Assembly (NCBI GenBank): GCA_963669175.1
Contig: OY769902.1
Coordinates: 1,408,001-1,472,000, forward strand
DNA: 64,000 nt
Direction: 5' to 3'
Origin: a bacterium
Lineage (GTDB): Bacteria; Electryoneota; Electryoneia; Electryoneales; Electryoneaceae
Part shown: positions 1-9,860 of the stretch, one piece after another
How the letters are laid out: each line of letters starts with the position of its first letter
Position numbering within the stretch: the first letter of the stretch is position 1
The notes under the pieces: model-generated
What the model was told of the DNA's origin: nothing
The model's input: the letters and a program-made list of their open reading frames with translations, nothing else
Database searches by the model: none
Position numbers and translations under genes: made by a program

Positions 1-2361
1 TTTGCTGACATCAACAGTGAAACACAGGATTTCGACGTTATTCTGTATAATGATGGCAATGCGGACATGACCGTTTCGCAACCGGTCATTTCCGGCGCGT
101 CATTCTCTACAGAGCCATCTACTTTCCCGCAGACTGTTGAGCCTGATGACACCCTGCGGCTGAAGCTGGTCTTCGATCCTGACCAGGTGCAACTGTACAA
201 CGAAACGATTGCCATACCGACGACACTGGAAACCATCAATCTGAGCTTGACCGGCCGCGGAACAACGGGCGGCAGGTATTTCTCAGGTTCGATCCCGAAC
301 CCGGAGTACAATATTCCGGAAGTCTGGGGTAGCGATGGAGTCATGACATACATCTGCGCCGGTCCAAACGTGATTGACCCCGCAGAAAAACTGACCATCC
401 TTGAAGGTGTCGAGATCCAGTTTGAAGACACCCTGAATTGGATGGAGGTGCGTGGCACTCTTGAAATTCTAGGTACGGAAGACAATCCGGTCCGGTTCAA
501 GCCACAGGGATCGCTGCCTTATCATCTTGGCCTTCGTTTCGTAGCCTGCAACACGCAGACTCGCATTGAACATACCATTGTTGAGAATGGCCGCACACGA
601 ACGATGGACGAAGATGAAGAGGAAATACAGCCTGACTATACGTTGCACGGTGGCGGCATTGCCGTTTATAACTGCAGCCCGACGTTGTACAAGGTGACAG
701 TCAGGAATTGTGAAAGCCTGAAGGATGCTGGCGGTATCTGGATTTTCCAGAGCGCTCCGACCATCATTGGCTGCACGATTGAGAACAACATTGCTGCTAC
801 GGATGGTGGTGGTATTACCATGTGGGGAAGCCGTCCGACTTTCCACAACAGCAAGATTCTGGACAATGTTGCTGGCGGTTCAGGCGGTGGTATCTACTTC
901 AAGTCATACTGTGATCCGATCATTGGCAATGTGTTGATTCAGGACAATGAGGCAACTCGTGGCGGTGGTATCTATGCCAGCGACCACAGCTCACCGATCA
1001 TTCTGAACAGCATTCTGTATTCGAACGAAGCGGACACGGCACGTGCTCTGCGTTCCGTATCGAGATCGAACCCGATCCTTCGCAACTGTGTTATTCACGG
1101 TCACGGTGACGGAGCGATTGAACACGGTACGAATGGCAGCGCAGTCATTCGCTACAGCATGGTTGAGGGCATGGATGACGCTACCAACCACGTGTTTGAT
1201 GCGGAACCTACAGCCGTTTTTGTGGATACAGTTGATTTCGAGCTTAATGGCTCATCCTCGAGCGACAACCTGCTGATCGACGGTGGCAATCCTGGCAGCC
1301 AGTATGAAGACTACAGCTTCCCGCCGTCGAAGGGCACCATGACCAATGATATTGGTCTTTATGGTGGTCAATATGCAGGCTATTGGGATAATTCAGCGCC
1401 ATTGCGCATCCGGTTCCTGCCGAACCTGGTGAATGCAAGGAACCTGTACATCCTGGTCAGCACGCTGCAGAGTGGTCTTGGGACGCCATCACTTGAAGTC
1501 AAATCGTATACCGGCACAGAGAATCTTACTCTGACCGAAGTCTCAAGTGGTAGCGGCATGTACAGCGCGCAGTACACCACGGAAGAATCAATCTACCTTG
1601 AGTTTTCTGCTTCGCTGGATGATTTCCTGTTCCGTAAAAACCTGTCGATTGCCGTGTACAAGCCGGCAACTGGCAGCACCCTTTCGGATCCTTCAGGCGC
1701 CCGTCTGATTATGCCGCCGAATGCTTTGGTTGGCGAAGTGATGATGACAGGTGATCTTGACCTTGGCGCATCACTTCCGGATGAGGTTCCGTTAGCGGCG
1801 CCGGCAGGAGGACGCTGGCAGGTAGATTGTGCCGCGACCTTCTGGTCCGAACCGGCAGAGATCATTCTGCCCTATGATGCAGAAACCATTCATGCTGGCA
1901 GAGAAGATGGCCTTGCAATCTGGCGCCTCACGGACGAGAATAGGTGGGAGAAGCTGGAAAGCTACGTTGATGTAGATGCGAAGACGGTACACGCGTCAGC
2001 GTACGGCCCCGGTATGTTTGCCGTTGTGAACAATCCTCAGGGTGGCGATTCCAAACTGCTGCCGGTGAGCTCACAGCTTGGTGCAAACTATCCGAACCCG
2101 TTTAATCCTTCGACCACAATCCCATTCGCACTGAATACGGCTTCCAGAGTCGAATTGCAGGTGTTCAATGTTCTTGGGCAGCATGTAGGCACGGCAGCGC
2201 AGGGATGGTTTACCGCAGGTCAGCATGCTGTTCATTGGAATGGACGCAGCCTGACTGGTGGTGAGCTTGCCAGTGGTGTGTATTTCTACAGGTTGGTCGT
2301 ACATCCCGCGAATGGGGATGCCAAGTTGGTGCAGACTCGCAAATTGGTCCTGATGCGGTAG
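1..2361 (+). CDS. 5'-truncated secreted protein: Ig-like domain, right-handed beta-helix (GGGI repeats), C-terminal T9SS/FlgD-Ig-like sorting domain
   Basis: Frame is open from base 1 through the Met at 67; repeated GGGI(W/Y) motifs; LLIDGGNP..NDIGLYGG motif; C-terminal NYPNPFNPSTTI...SGVYFYRL...RKLVLMR. Confidence 0.85.
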   Translation, partial: FADINSETQDFDVILYNDGNADMTVSQPVISGASFSTEPSTFPQTVEPDDTLRLKLVFDPDQVQLYNETIAIPTTLETINLSLTGRGTTGGRYFSGSIPNPEYNIPEVWGSDGVMTYICAGPNVIDPAEKLTILEGVEIQFEDTLNWMEVRGTLEILGTEDNPVRFKPQGSLPYHLGLRFVACNTQTRIEHTIVENGRTRTMDEDEEEIQPDYTLHGGGIAVYNCSPTLYKVTVRNCESLKDAGGIWIFQSAPTIIGCTIENNIAATDGGGITMWGSRPTFHNSKILDNVAGGSGGGIYFKSYCDPIIGNVLIQDNEATRGGGIYASDHSSPIILNSILYSNEADTARALRSVSRSNPILRNCVIHGHGDGAIEHGTNGSAVIRYSMVEGMDDATNHVFDAEPTAVFVDTVDFELNGSSSSDNLLIDGGNPGSQYEDYSFPPSKGTMTNDIGLYGGQYAGYWDNSAPLRIRFLPNLVNARNLYILVSTLQSGLGTPSLEVKSYTGTENLTLTEVSSGSGMYSAQYTTEESIYLEFSASLDDFLFRKNLSIAVYKPATGSTLSDPSGARLIMPPNALVGEVMMTGDLDLGASLPDEVPLAAPAGGRWQVDCAATFWSEPAEIILPYDAETIHAGREDGLAIWRLTDENRWEKLESYVDVDAKTVHASAYGPGMFAVVNNPQGGDSKLLPVSSQLGANYPNPFNPSTTIPFALNTASRVELQVFNVLGQHVGTAAQGWFTAGQHAVHWNGRSLTGGELASGVYFYRLVVHPANGDAKLVQTRKLVLMR

Positions 2362-2371
2362 GAGCGAGGAC

Positions 2372-2998
2372 ATGACTGGAAAGAAGTGGACATGGCTCAG
2401 CCTTCTTTTGGCGTCGCTGTTAGTGTTAAGCGTTGGCCTGATTGGCTGTGATGATGATGATGAAGATGATGATGTTGTCACAGGGAATCCTGTCGAGCTG
2501 GCTCGTGAAGGGTGGGATGAGTTCGAAGATTTGAACTATTCTGCCGCGCTTGAGCTTTTCGAACAGGCGATTTCCGCTGGTGCACGCAGTACGGATGCCT
2601 GGGGTGGTGCGGGTTGGAGTTGCTACATGATGGGCGACCACACCGCAGCGCTGGATTTCTGGGAAGATGGCTTCGAACGTATTGGCGATAAGAATGACAT
2701 TCTTACCGGCCAAGGTTTTGAAGCGTTCGACCGTGCGGATCACACAACGTGCATCGAGAAGTTCTCCCAGGTCATAGCAGATAACCCCAGTTACCAGTTT
2801 GAGCATCATTCGGGTACGGATGTGCTGGATTTGACCTGGATGATGGCTTCCTCGCACCTTTTGCAGGGCAACTTCACAGAGAGCTACGAGCTGGTGCTGG
2901 TGTTGAATCCGAATTTTAGTGCGGATCTCGGAACGGAAGCAGGACGAGATGCGTTGGGTGCGGAACTTGATCGTCTGATGCCGATCATTCGCGGATAA
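2372..2998 (+). CDS. TPR-containing lipoprotein
   Basis: GAGG RBS; lipobox LIGC followed by an acidic tether; TPR-like helices (GWDEFEDLNYSAALELFEQAI, AWGGAGWSCY). Confidence 0.8.
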   Translation: MTGKKWTWLSLLLASLLVLSVGLIGCDDDDEDDDVVTGNPVELAREGWDEFEDLNYSAALELFEQAISAGARSTDAWGGAGWSCYMMGDHTAALDFWEDGFERIGDKNDILTGQGFEAFDRADHTTCIEKFSQVIADNPSYQFEHHSGTDVLDLTWMMASSHLLQGNFTESYELVLVLNPNFSADLGTEAGRDALGAELDRLMPIIRG

Positions 2999-3013
2999 GT
3001 GAGGAAAAGACTT

Positions 3014-5008
3014 ATGCGTAAGAAATACCTCTATCCGGTGTTGGGATTGGCGTTGAGCCTGGTTATCCTGGCGGGGATGCTTGCCGGTTGTGGAGATGTT
3101 GAAGGCGAGCAGGATACCAACCAGTCACCAGTGGTCAAATTTGTTACCGTTCCTCTGGACAGTAGCGAATTCAGCTATGCCCCGACAGTGTACTGGGCCG
3201 GTAGCGACCCTGATGGGTTTGTTGAATACTATTCCTACGCCGACATCACTGATTCTGCCGCAATCCAGGATCCGGTCGGGTTCTATGATCAGGTTCCGGA
3301 TGAAGCCTGGACAGATCTGATCGCTACCGAAGCGCAGATCTATTTGTTGACAGAACAGGGCGAATTGACTGAACACGTTCTTTATGTACGTTGTTTCGAC
3401 AACGAAGGCGCAGTCAATGAGGATGTCGTGTTCCGTACGTTCTACCGGACCAACCAGGCGCCCTACATTCCGCGTGTCGGTGTAATGGGAGCCAGTGACG
3501 ACGAACTCGCTACTGATGTCTACATCTCGGATACGCTTTATTCCGGGACCAAGGAAACCTCCATCTGGTCCGGTATCCAGTTCCAGTGGCGTTCCAGTGA
3601 CCCGGACGACCAGGCGTTGTACACGATTCCGCTGGAATACAAGACGATCCTGGTGAAAGCGCCCGGTGATACCATTGCCGAGAGCGAATGGACGGAAGAC
3701 CAGGATATTCAGATTGTCAATCTGGAGACTGGTTTCTACACGCTGTATGTCTGGTGCCGTGACGATGCGTTTGAAGAATCACCGGCTGCCGGTCGTGTCG
3801 AATTCAACATCATCCGGCCGACATTCGAGCATGATATTCTGGTTATCGTGGAAGCGCCCGATGGCAACGGTCTTCGCAGTTTCCCAAAAACGGACAGCCT
3901 GAAGAACTACTACAACACGCTGTTTACGGATATCGCCCCGGAAGTCTGGGTTGACGAAAGTGACAGTACCGATCTTGGGCATCTGTTGAGTGATGGGACG
4001 ATACGTTTCTGGCAGGTTGATGATCTGACAAACTACATGGACGCCGTTGTCCCGCATGCTTTGATTCACCAGTACAAGATGGTGATCGTAGCTTCGGACC
4101 AGGTTGTGACATCCGCCCTGAACCAGAACTATGCAGCCTACCGTAATCGCGTGTTGGTTGATTACCTGCGTGTTGGTGGACGTTTGTGGTACATGGGCCG
4201 TTCGCTGCTTCATAAGATCCCGAATGACAACCCGGCTGACCGGGATGACCTGGGTGATTATGATACCATCCTGATGGAAGATTTCTTCGGGGCCGATGCG
4301 ATTGTCCACGGACCGCTGACCATGTCAGGATCTTCCTATGCGTTGGCTGAGTTCATCGGAACGATTCCGGCATTGCAGACCTTCCCGGAACTTGATTTTG
4401 TCGATACGATGAAGTATCAGAATTACATCACGTTCGAAGGGAATATTTACCGCGACAGCCTGAACTATGGTGAGTCCGGCGCCGGGATGATCGTGCGTTA
4501 CAGCGAATCCATCACGACACAATACTTCAATTCCTTCACATCGACCTATATCGGTGTTGTGAACGACGAAAACAGCACGGTACTGCGCGACGATGATGCA
4601 AGCGAACAGTTGCCGAACCAGACTTCCTGCTTCATCCAGACCGATCATGACAATGTCTATCCTGATTCGGTCACGAAGGTTGAAAATATTACTCTCCGCG
4701 ATGCAGGATACAGCAATTGGCAAGGTGAAGTTGTCGGTGTGAATGGCGACTTGATCTACGTTTCCTACAGTCCGGACCAGGACTGGCTGCCTGGCGATTC
4801 ACTGGCGGTGAGCTACAAGTACAATCCGCTGTCAGATTATCATTTGGCGCCTTGCGAGATTCGCAATGAAATCTCGGAAGTTTCCGACCTGGTATTCACA
4901 GAACTGCGTTCACGTGCCGCGTTGACTTCGTTCTCCTACTACTTTGTGGATTACGATGGCACGAAGAGCGCCTTTATCCAGATGCTGAGTTGGTTCCTGG
5001 CTGAATAG
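3014..5008 (+). CDS. Large lipoprotein of unknown function (Ig/FN3-like N-terminal modules)
   Basis: GAGG at 3001 before ATG 3014; lipobox LAGC; NQSP/NQAP...W.GSDPDG module repeated twice. Confidence 0.8.
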   Translation: MRKKYLYPVLGLALSLVILAGMLAGCGDVEGEQDTNQSPVVKFVTVPLDSSEFSYAPTVYWAGSDPDGFVEYYSYADITDSAAIQDPVGFYDQVPDEAWTDLIATEAQIYLLTEQGELTEHVLYVRCFDNEGAVNEDVVFRTFYRTNQAPYIPRVGVMGASDDELATDVYISDTLYSGTKETSIWSGIQFQWRSSDPDDQALYTIPLEYKTILVKAPGDTIAESEWTEDQDIQIVNLETGFYTLYVWCRDDAFEESPAAGRVEFNIIRPTFEHDILVIVEAPDGNGLRSFPKTDSLKNYYNTLFTDIAPEVWVDESDSTDLGHLLSDGTIRFWQVDDLTNYMDAVVPHALIHQYKMVIVASDQVVTSALNQNYAAYRNRVLVDYLRVGGRLWYMGRSLLHKIPNDNPADRDDLGDYDTILMEDFFGADAIVHGPLTMSGSSYALAEFIGTIPALQTFPELDFVDTMKYQNYITFEGNIYRDSLNYGESGAGMIVRYSESITTQYFNSFTSTYIGVVNDENSTVLRDDDASEQLPNQTSCFIQTDHDNVYPDSVTKVENITLRDAGYSNWQGEVVGVNGDLIYVSYSPDQDWLPGDSLAVSYKYNPLSDYHLAPCEIRNEISEVSDLVFTELRSRAALTSFSYYFVDYDGTKSAFIQMLSWFLAE

Positions 5009-5017
5009 CTGGCGCAA

Positions 5018-6916
5018 ATGGATAAGAGCAGCAGTCTAAAAGAGATCATGCAGGCAATCCGCTTCTGGCGGATTGCCTTTTTTCTTTTTCTGGCGCTATT
5101 GCTATGTTTGTTGGTGTTTATAGCCGGGCCGCGTGGTGGAATGTGGGGAGTAGATGCCGGTACAAAAACACTTGCTGCTGCGACCATTGCTGAACAGGGG
5201 CTGGCGTATTCTCTGCCGGTGAAAGCCTGGTTTCTGAGTGGAGATAGAGGGGCCGAGGATGTGTTCGCACCCTATAGTGAGCCATTTGTAATCAAGGAGA
5301 AGAACAGAAGAATTGCGGTCTACAGTCCGCTGTATCTGGCCCTATGCGGACTATCGTATTCAATTGTGCCATCTGTTGAGATTATTCGTCTCCTGTCCAT
5401 TCTTGGCGTTCTGTTGACAGCGATAGCGGCTACACTGGTGCTTCGGCTTCTGTTGACATCAGTCCGAATTAAAGATGATTACTACCATGTTTCAAGCGAA
5501 TTCCTGCTGGCAGTCATTCTTGTCTTTACGACCCCGTTACTTTTCTACGCTGCTGCGATCTGGGAGCACAGCCTGTTCACAGCTTGCGCTACAATGGCCC
5601 TCTTTTTACGCCTGAAGCCATTGATCGGGCAGGGTAATGGTTCTGCTGCTGGTGTCACTGTTGCGCTCCTGACGGCGGGATTTCTGGCTGCTCTGGGAAT
5701 GGCGTTCAGGTCAGAGGGGATTCTCTGGACTGCTATGCTGCTGGCGCTGGATGTGAAACGTCTGCCGTTCTTTCTGCTTGGGGGGGGGGTCGGACTAGCA
5801 TCAATTGCATTGGTGAAGATTGGTATGTACCGGGCAGGATGGGAAAGTCTTGTTCTCTTCCCGCATTTGAGTGAGAATTTTGCGTGGGCTGAATTCTCGA
5901 TATCGGAACGGTTTTCTGCAGTGGTGTCGCAACTTGGGTTGGGTGATCTGCCTGGTCCTAGTGTTCTCTATCTCTTGATACCTGGCGTTTTCTTCTTCTT
6001 TTCGTTTCGCGGACCGGACAAATATCAATCCTGGAGCAGGTGGGCGCTGGCTGTATTTCTGCTGTTTGTCGCCGGTTATCGTCTCTTTGTGCCTGTACCC
6101 TTAGGGGAGACCGCTTCTGCGAGTGGTTGGCTGGCGAGCGCCCCATTTGCGCTGGCGTGGTATTTCATGCCAATGAAAGACGGGCTGCTGCGAAGGCTTC
6201 AAATCCTTGTCGGACTATTCACTTTCGCTGCAATAATCAGCAATCCTGCTGCTGTGGGCATTCACTTCGGGCCACGTTTTCTGCTTGCCGGTATTGCGGT
6301 CGGAAGTATTGGCGCAGTGATTTCCTATTGGCAGGGCGATACGTCAACCAGGCGATTTTTGATGCTTCTGGTTATCTCGGGAATGATAACGCAGGGGTGG
6401 GGAATAAGTCGCCAATGGCAGGTCCGCAAGCAGAATCTGCAGATGCGGAATACGGTAGCTACAGCAGCGGAAGCAGCGCCTGTTGTGTTGTGGGGGTACT
6501 ATTTCGCGGAAGATATTGGCCCAGGTTTACTTGACGGGGCTTTTGTCAAAATCCCGGAGATGCGAGACGGTAATGATCTGGTAGCACTCCATGCCCTGGC
6601 ACAGAAAATTTCACAAGCGAGCGGAGATAAACTCTGGGTATGGTCTGGTATGGCGCAACCTCACCTTTCAGAGGTTGAAGCCTTTTTCCCGTTGCGAGTG
6701 GCTGCTTCGATTGAAGACAGTGCGGGGAGTAGCGAGCATTGGGAGCGAATCAGGCTTGATGCATATGGGGAAGCGATAGCGGGAGAAAGATTCAGTTTGC
6801 AGTGCTATCAGATTCAGAGGGTTTTGCCTGAACCGGATCAAATCCCAGATCTTTCAGCATCAGGCGTGCGGTGGACGAGTTCGGGTTTAATTGCAAAACG
6901 CGGAACAGGCGATTGA
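5018..6916 (+). CDS. Polytopic membrane protein, putative GT-C-fold glycosyltransferase
   Basis: More than 10 hydrophobic segments; acidic loop after TM1 (VDAGTK); WEHS and FGPRFLL motifs; start could be 5048. Confidence 0.6.
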   Translation: MDKSSSLKEIMQAIRFWRIAFFLFLALLLCLLVFIAGPRGGMWGVDAGTKTLAAATIAEQGLAYSLPVKAWFLSGDRGAEDVFAPYSEPFVIKEKNRRIAVYSPLYLALCGLSYSIVPSVEIIRLLSILGVLLTAIAATLVLRLLLTSVRIKDDYYHVSSEFLLAVILVFTTPLLFYAAAIWEHSLFTACATMALFLRLKPLIGQGNGSAAGVTVALLTAGFLAALGMAFRSEGILWTAMLLALDVKRLPFFLLGGGVGLASIALVKIGMYRAGWESLVLFPHLSENFAWAEFSISERFSAVVSQLGLGDLPGPSVLYLLIPGVFFFFSFRGPDKYQSWSRWALAVFLLFVAGYRLFVPVPLGETASASGWLASAPFALAWYFMPMKDGLLRRLQILVGLFTFAAIISNPAAVGIHFGPRFLLAGIAVGSIGAVISYWQGDTSTRRFLMLLVISGMITQGWGISRQWQVRKQNLQMRNTVATAAEAAPVVLWGYYFAEDIGPGLLDGAFVKIPEMRDGNDLVALHALAQKISQASGDKLWVWSGMAQPHLSEVEAFFPLRVAASIEDSAGSSEHWERIRLDAYGEAIAGERFSLQCYQIQRVLPEPDQIPDLSASGVRWTSSGLIAKRGTGD

Positions 6917-8903
6917 CAGCCCGTGACGTGTCGGCGAAGAAAAGCTCCATCATGGCAAGATTAAGATGATACGTCGGGTTTTCGGGAGCCAGCAGGGTGG
7001 CTTCTTCTAACCGTTCCCGAGCAATCTGCATCCCTTCCAGGCTGGATTCATCTTCTATGGAGGTTCTAATTGTTTCATTTAGCAAGGCGGCGAGATTCCG
7101 CTTGGCGTCAGGGTTGGTATAATCCTGTTCAATAGCCTGCCGGTAGTATCTCTCCGCATTTTCATACTGTCCGCGTTTCAACTCAACAACACCAAGATTA
7201 TTATATGCGCCGGATTTATTCGTTCCCAGTTGAATTTCCCTGGTAAAATAGACTTGTGCGCTGTCCAGGGAGTTTCGCGCCAGGAAACACAATCCCATAT
7301 TGAGATTTGCGTTCGGGTACGCTTGGTCAGTTGCAAGAAGCTGATGTAGCTGGGATTCAGCCTCTTTTACATGTTCTTTTCTTGTGGCGAAGTTGACCCC
7401 ATGATTCCTGGTCTCGGGACGATCGCCAAGCAGACCTGCCAGCCGTAAATGAGCCGTCGCATTGTGAAAACGCCAGGACTCATCGATTCCGGCAGTGGAT
7501 ACCGGTTTGGGCAACAGGACAACCAGGGCAACAATAACTCGAACGCCGATGGTGATCCATGGGTACAGCTTCTTCTCATGGTAGGCGTTTAACCATTTGG
7601 GTATCGCTGCAATGGACCCTGCTGCAAGCATGACCAGGATTGGAGTTATCGGGAAACGGTAGCGTGCATTGACAAAGAAGGCCAGCATACTCAGAACATA
7701 TACTGCCAACAGGACAATTGCGGGACGGGAGTCCGGAACAACCCGCCAGGATTCAGGGATAAAAGAGATGCCGAAAATCGCAACCAGCGGGAAACCGATC
7801 AGAGCCAGGAAGTAGAAAACCGGCGACACTTGCCACAGGAATGGTTGAATGGGACGGTTGTTGCCTAATTCACGTGCATTCAGGAAGATGATAAATTTCC
7901 TAAATGTCTTTCCCGTCGCCTGAATGGGGTGTTTGTACCAATAATACAAGGATCGTTTCAGGTAGTAGTTATTTACACGACTGTCTGAAAGAACCGTTTT
8001 CCCCGACGCTTTCGCTGCTCTATATTCTATTTGGGCGCGAGTCCAGTCCGGGCCGTATTGCGGATCGACAGCATAGGCTCCGTCTGCTTGAGGGTTATTT
8101 CCGAGAAATAGATTAATCCCTCCCTGGGTACTGATCGTCCAATTACCACCTCGACTATGGTTAAAAGAGGCCACGGGAATAGAAATGGCAATCAGAATAA
8201 ACCCGGCCAGCACCGGCGCTGCCCAGGCGGGGTGAGTCCGTTTTTTGCGTTTTGCGCCTGGTCGCGCTGCCAGAGCCCAGAACAGGACAGGCCACAAAAC
8301 AAGGGCATTGGCGCGCATGATTGTCATTGCCCCAAGGGTAATGGCGGCCAGAACGGTCCAGCGGATGCGGGCCTTACGCCGATAAAGATCAATGAAGAAT
8401 AGAAGAAAGATCAGGTAACTGGTGAAAAGCGAGGTGATTAAACCCTCAGCATCAAAATAGATTGACATGCCGTAAAGTGACCATGCGATAGCCGTGGCCC
8501 AGCCGGCAGCGAAATTATACCATCGGAAGGCAATCGAAGCGAGAACACCGGTCGCAATGGCCGACACGACAATCTGGAACACGCGAATGGCCCAGAACGT
8601 GTCACCACTGAAGATGCCACCGAGGAAAGCGACCAGGTAAGGATACAGTGGACCACGGAAATAGGGTTCAACTTGCGGGAGTCCGGCGAGAATGCGTTCT
8701 GCCCAGGTACGGTACAATTCCGCATCCATTCCCGGGCTTAGAAAAGCAGCAAGATCTTTTGACAAGTATAGATAGATGAATCGAACCAGGAGCGATAACG
8801 CAGCCGCTCCCAACGGCAATCCCCACATGATATGAAAGGGGAGAACCGTACGGTGTCTGGAGGAATGGGGCTCCTTCTGCATTCCTGTTTTATTTTCAGG
8901 CAT
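6792..8903 (-). CDS. GT-C (ArnT/PMT-like, GT39-like) glycosyltransferase with C-terminal TPRs
   Basis: MDAELY loop, PYFRGPLYPY, RAN, GINLFLGNNP, FFVNARYRFP motifs; TPRs (AYNNLG..AERYYRQAI). Start placed at Met 8903 to avoid overlapping the divergent gene. Confidence 0.8.
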   Translation of the reverse strand: MPENKTGMQKEPHSSRHRTVLPFHIMWGLPLGAAALSLLVRFIYLYLSKDLAAFLSPGMDAELYRTWAERILAGLPQVEPYFRGPLYPYLVAFLGGIFSGDTFWAIRVFQIVVSAIATGVLASIAFRWYNFAAGWATAIAWSLYGMSIYFDAEGLITSLFTSYLIFLLFFIDLYRRKARIRWTVLAAITLGAMTIMRANALVLWPVLFWALAARPGAKRKKRTHPAWAAPVLAGFILIAISIPVASFNHSRGGNWTISTQGGINLFLGNNPQADGAYAVDPQYGPDWTRAQIEYRAAKASGKTVLSDSRVNNYYLKRSLYYWYKHPIQATGKTFRKFIIFLNARELGNNRPIQPFLWQVSPVFYFLALIGFPLVAIFGISFIPESWRVVPDSRPAIVLLAVYVLSMLAFFVNARYRFPITPILVMLAAGSIAAIPKWLNAYHEKKLYPWITIGVRVIVALVVLLPKPVSTAGIDESWRFHNATAHLRLAGLLGDRPETRNHGVNFATRKEHVKEAESQLHQLLATDQAYPNANLNMGLCFLARNSLDSAQVYFTREIQLGTNKSGAYNNLGVVELKRGQYENAERYYRQAIEQDYTNPDAKRNLAALLNETIRTSIEDESSLEGMQIARERLEEATLLAPENPTYHLNLAMMELFFADTSRAVNRLFRVLQLNPNSSTARLMLKDLGFDPVQAKPSESDSTAN

Positions 8904-8938
8904 CGGTTCACTATCCACAGCAGAAAGGTAGGGAAGAG

Positions 8939-9805
8939 ATGATGACATGGCAACGGCTTTCCTGGATTCCCTTCGCAGCATTTTTCGTGCTGATCGTTGG
9001 GTGTAGCGGTGGTGGTCGGGGGGGACTCGGGGCGGATGATGACTCATTGAGTGGGTCAGATTCAATAGCCGACAGTCGCCTGACAGTTGAAGCTGGCAAT
9101 TTTATCCGGGGAATTGATGAATCCAACTTCCCCAGCGCGAATCCATCTTCAACGATTTACATCAGCGAATTTGAGATTTCCACAACCGAAGTAACGAACG
9201 AGCAGTATTGTGAATTCCTGAATGATGGTAATTCACGCTACTTTGACACGGAAATGATGATCGGATACTCCACTGCGACACACCTGTATGCACCAGTCAC
9301 CGGGTATGAGGATCATCCTGTCGTTAATGTGACCTGGTACGATGCCGCTTCCTATGCACTCTGGGCCGGGGGACGATTGCCCACTGAAGCAGAATGGGAA
9401 AAGGCGGCTCGTGGCACCGATGGTTACTATTTCCCCTGGGGAAATGACTTTCTCAACGACAGGGCCGATGTGGGGCGTAGCGATGAGTCCGAGACAATCG
9501 ATGTGAAATCTTACCCGGACGGGGTTTCTCCTTATGGTGTCTATGATATGGCCGGCTCTGTATGGGAGTGGACCAATGACTGGTACTACTTGAATTATTA
9601 CGAGTATTCGGAAACGGAGGATCCGACCGGTCCGACTGATTCAACTACGTACACCAGTAAAGTCATTCGCGGTGGAGGATTCCGGGAGACAGAAGCCAAT
9701 TACCATACGTTTATGACCTGGTACCGCTACTATGGTAATCCGGCAAGCAGAGCGGATGATCTGGGCTTCCGTGTTGTCTGGCCCGACACTTCATCCTCCG
9801 AGTAA
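8939..9805 (+). CDS. FGE-sulfatase/SUMF1-family (C-type lectin fold) lipoprotein
   Basis: Lipobox IVGC; EVTNEQY, HPVVNVTW, RLPTEAEWEKAARG, YDMAGSVWEW, RGGG...GFR motifs. Confidence 0.9.
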   Translation: MMTWQRLSWIPFAAFFVLIVGCSGGGRGGLGADDDSLSGSDSIADSRLTVEAGNFIRGIDESNFPSANPSSTIYISEFEISTTEVTNEQYCEFLNDGNSRYFDTEMMIGYSTATHLYAPVTGYEDHPVVNVTWYDAASYALWAGGRLPTEAEWEKAARGTDGYYFPWGNDFLNDRADVGRSDESETIDVKSYPDGVSPYGVYDMAGSVWEWTNDWYYLNYYEYSETEDPTGPTDSTTYTSKVIRGGGFRETEANYHTFMTWYRYYGNPASRADDLGFRVVWPDTSSSE

Positions 9806-9860
9806 TGTTTTACTATATTGGTGTCATCGATCCACCGGCTTTCAACTGGAGGAAGATTGA

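Noticed and set aside
6792-6916. 125-bp convergent overlap of the two GT-C-like genes as antisense regulation
   Set aside because: Tail-to-tail overlaps of poorly conserved C-termini are common, and nothing else supports regulation.
8904-9065. N-terminal extension of the GT-C/TPR ORF
   Set aside because: Overlaps the divergent FGE-family lipoprotein gene and has non-protein-like composition.
9660-9780. Active DGR variable region
   Set aside because: No template repeat, RT or accessory gene seen in the window; kept only as a low-interest lead.
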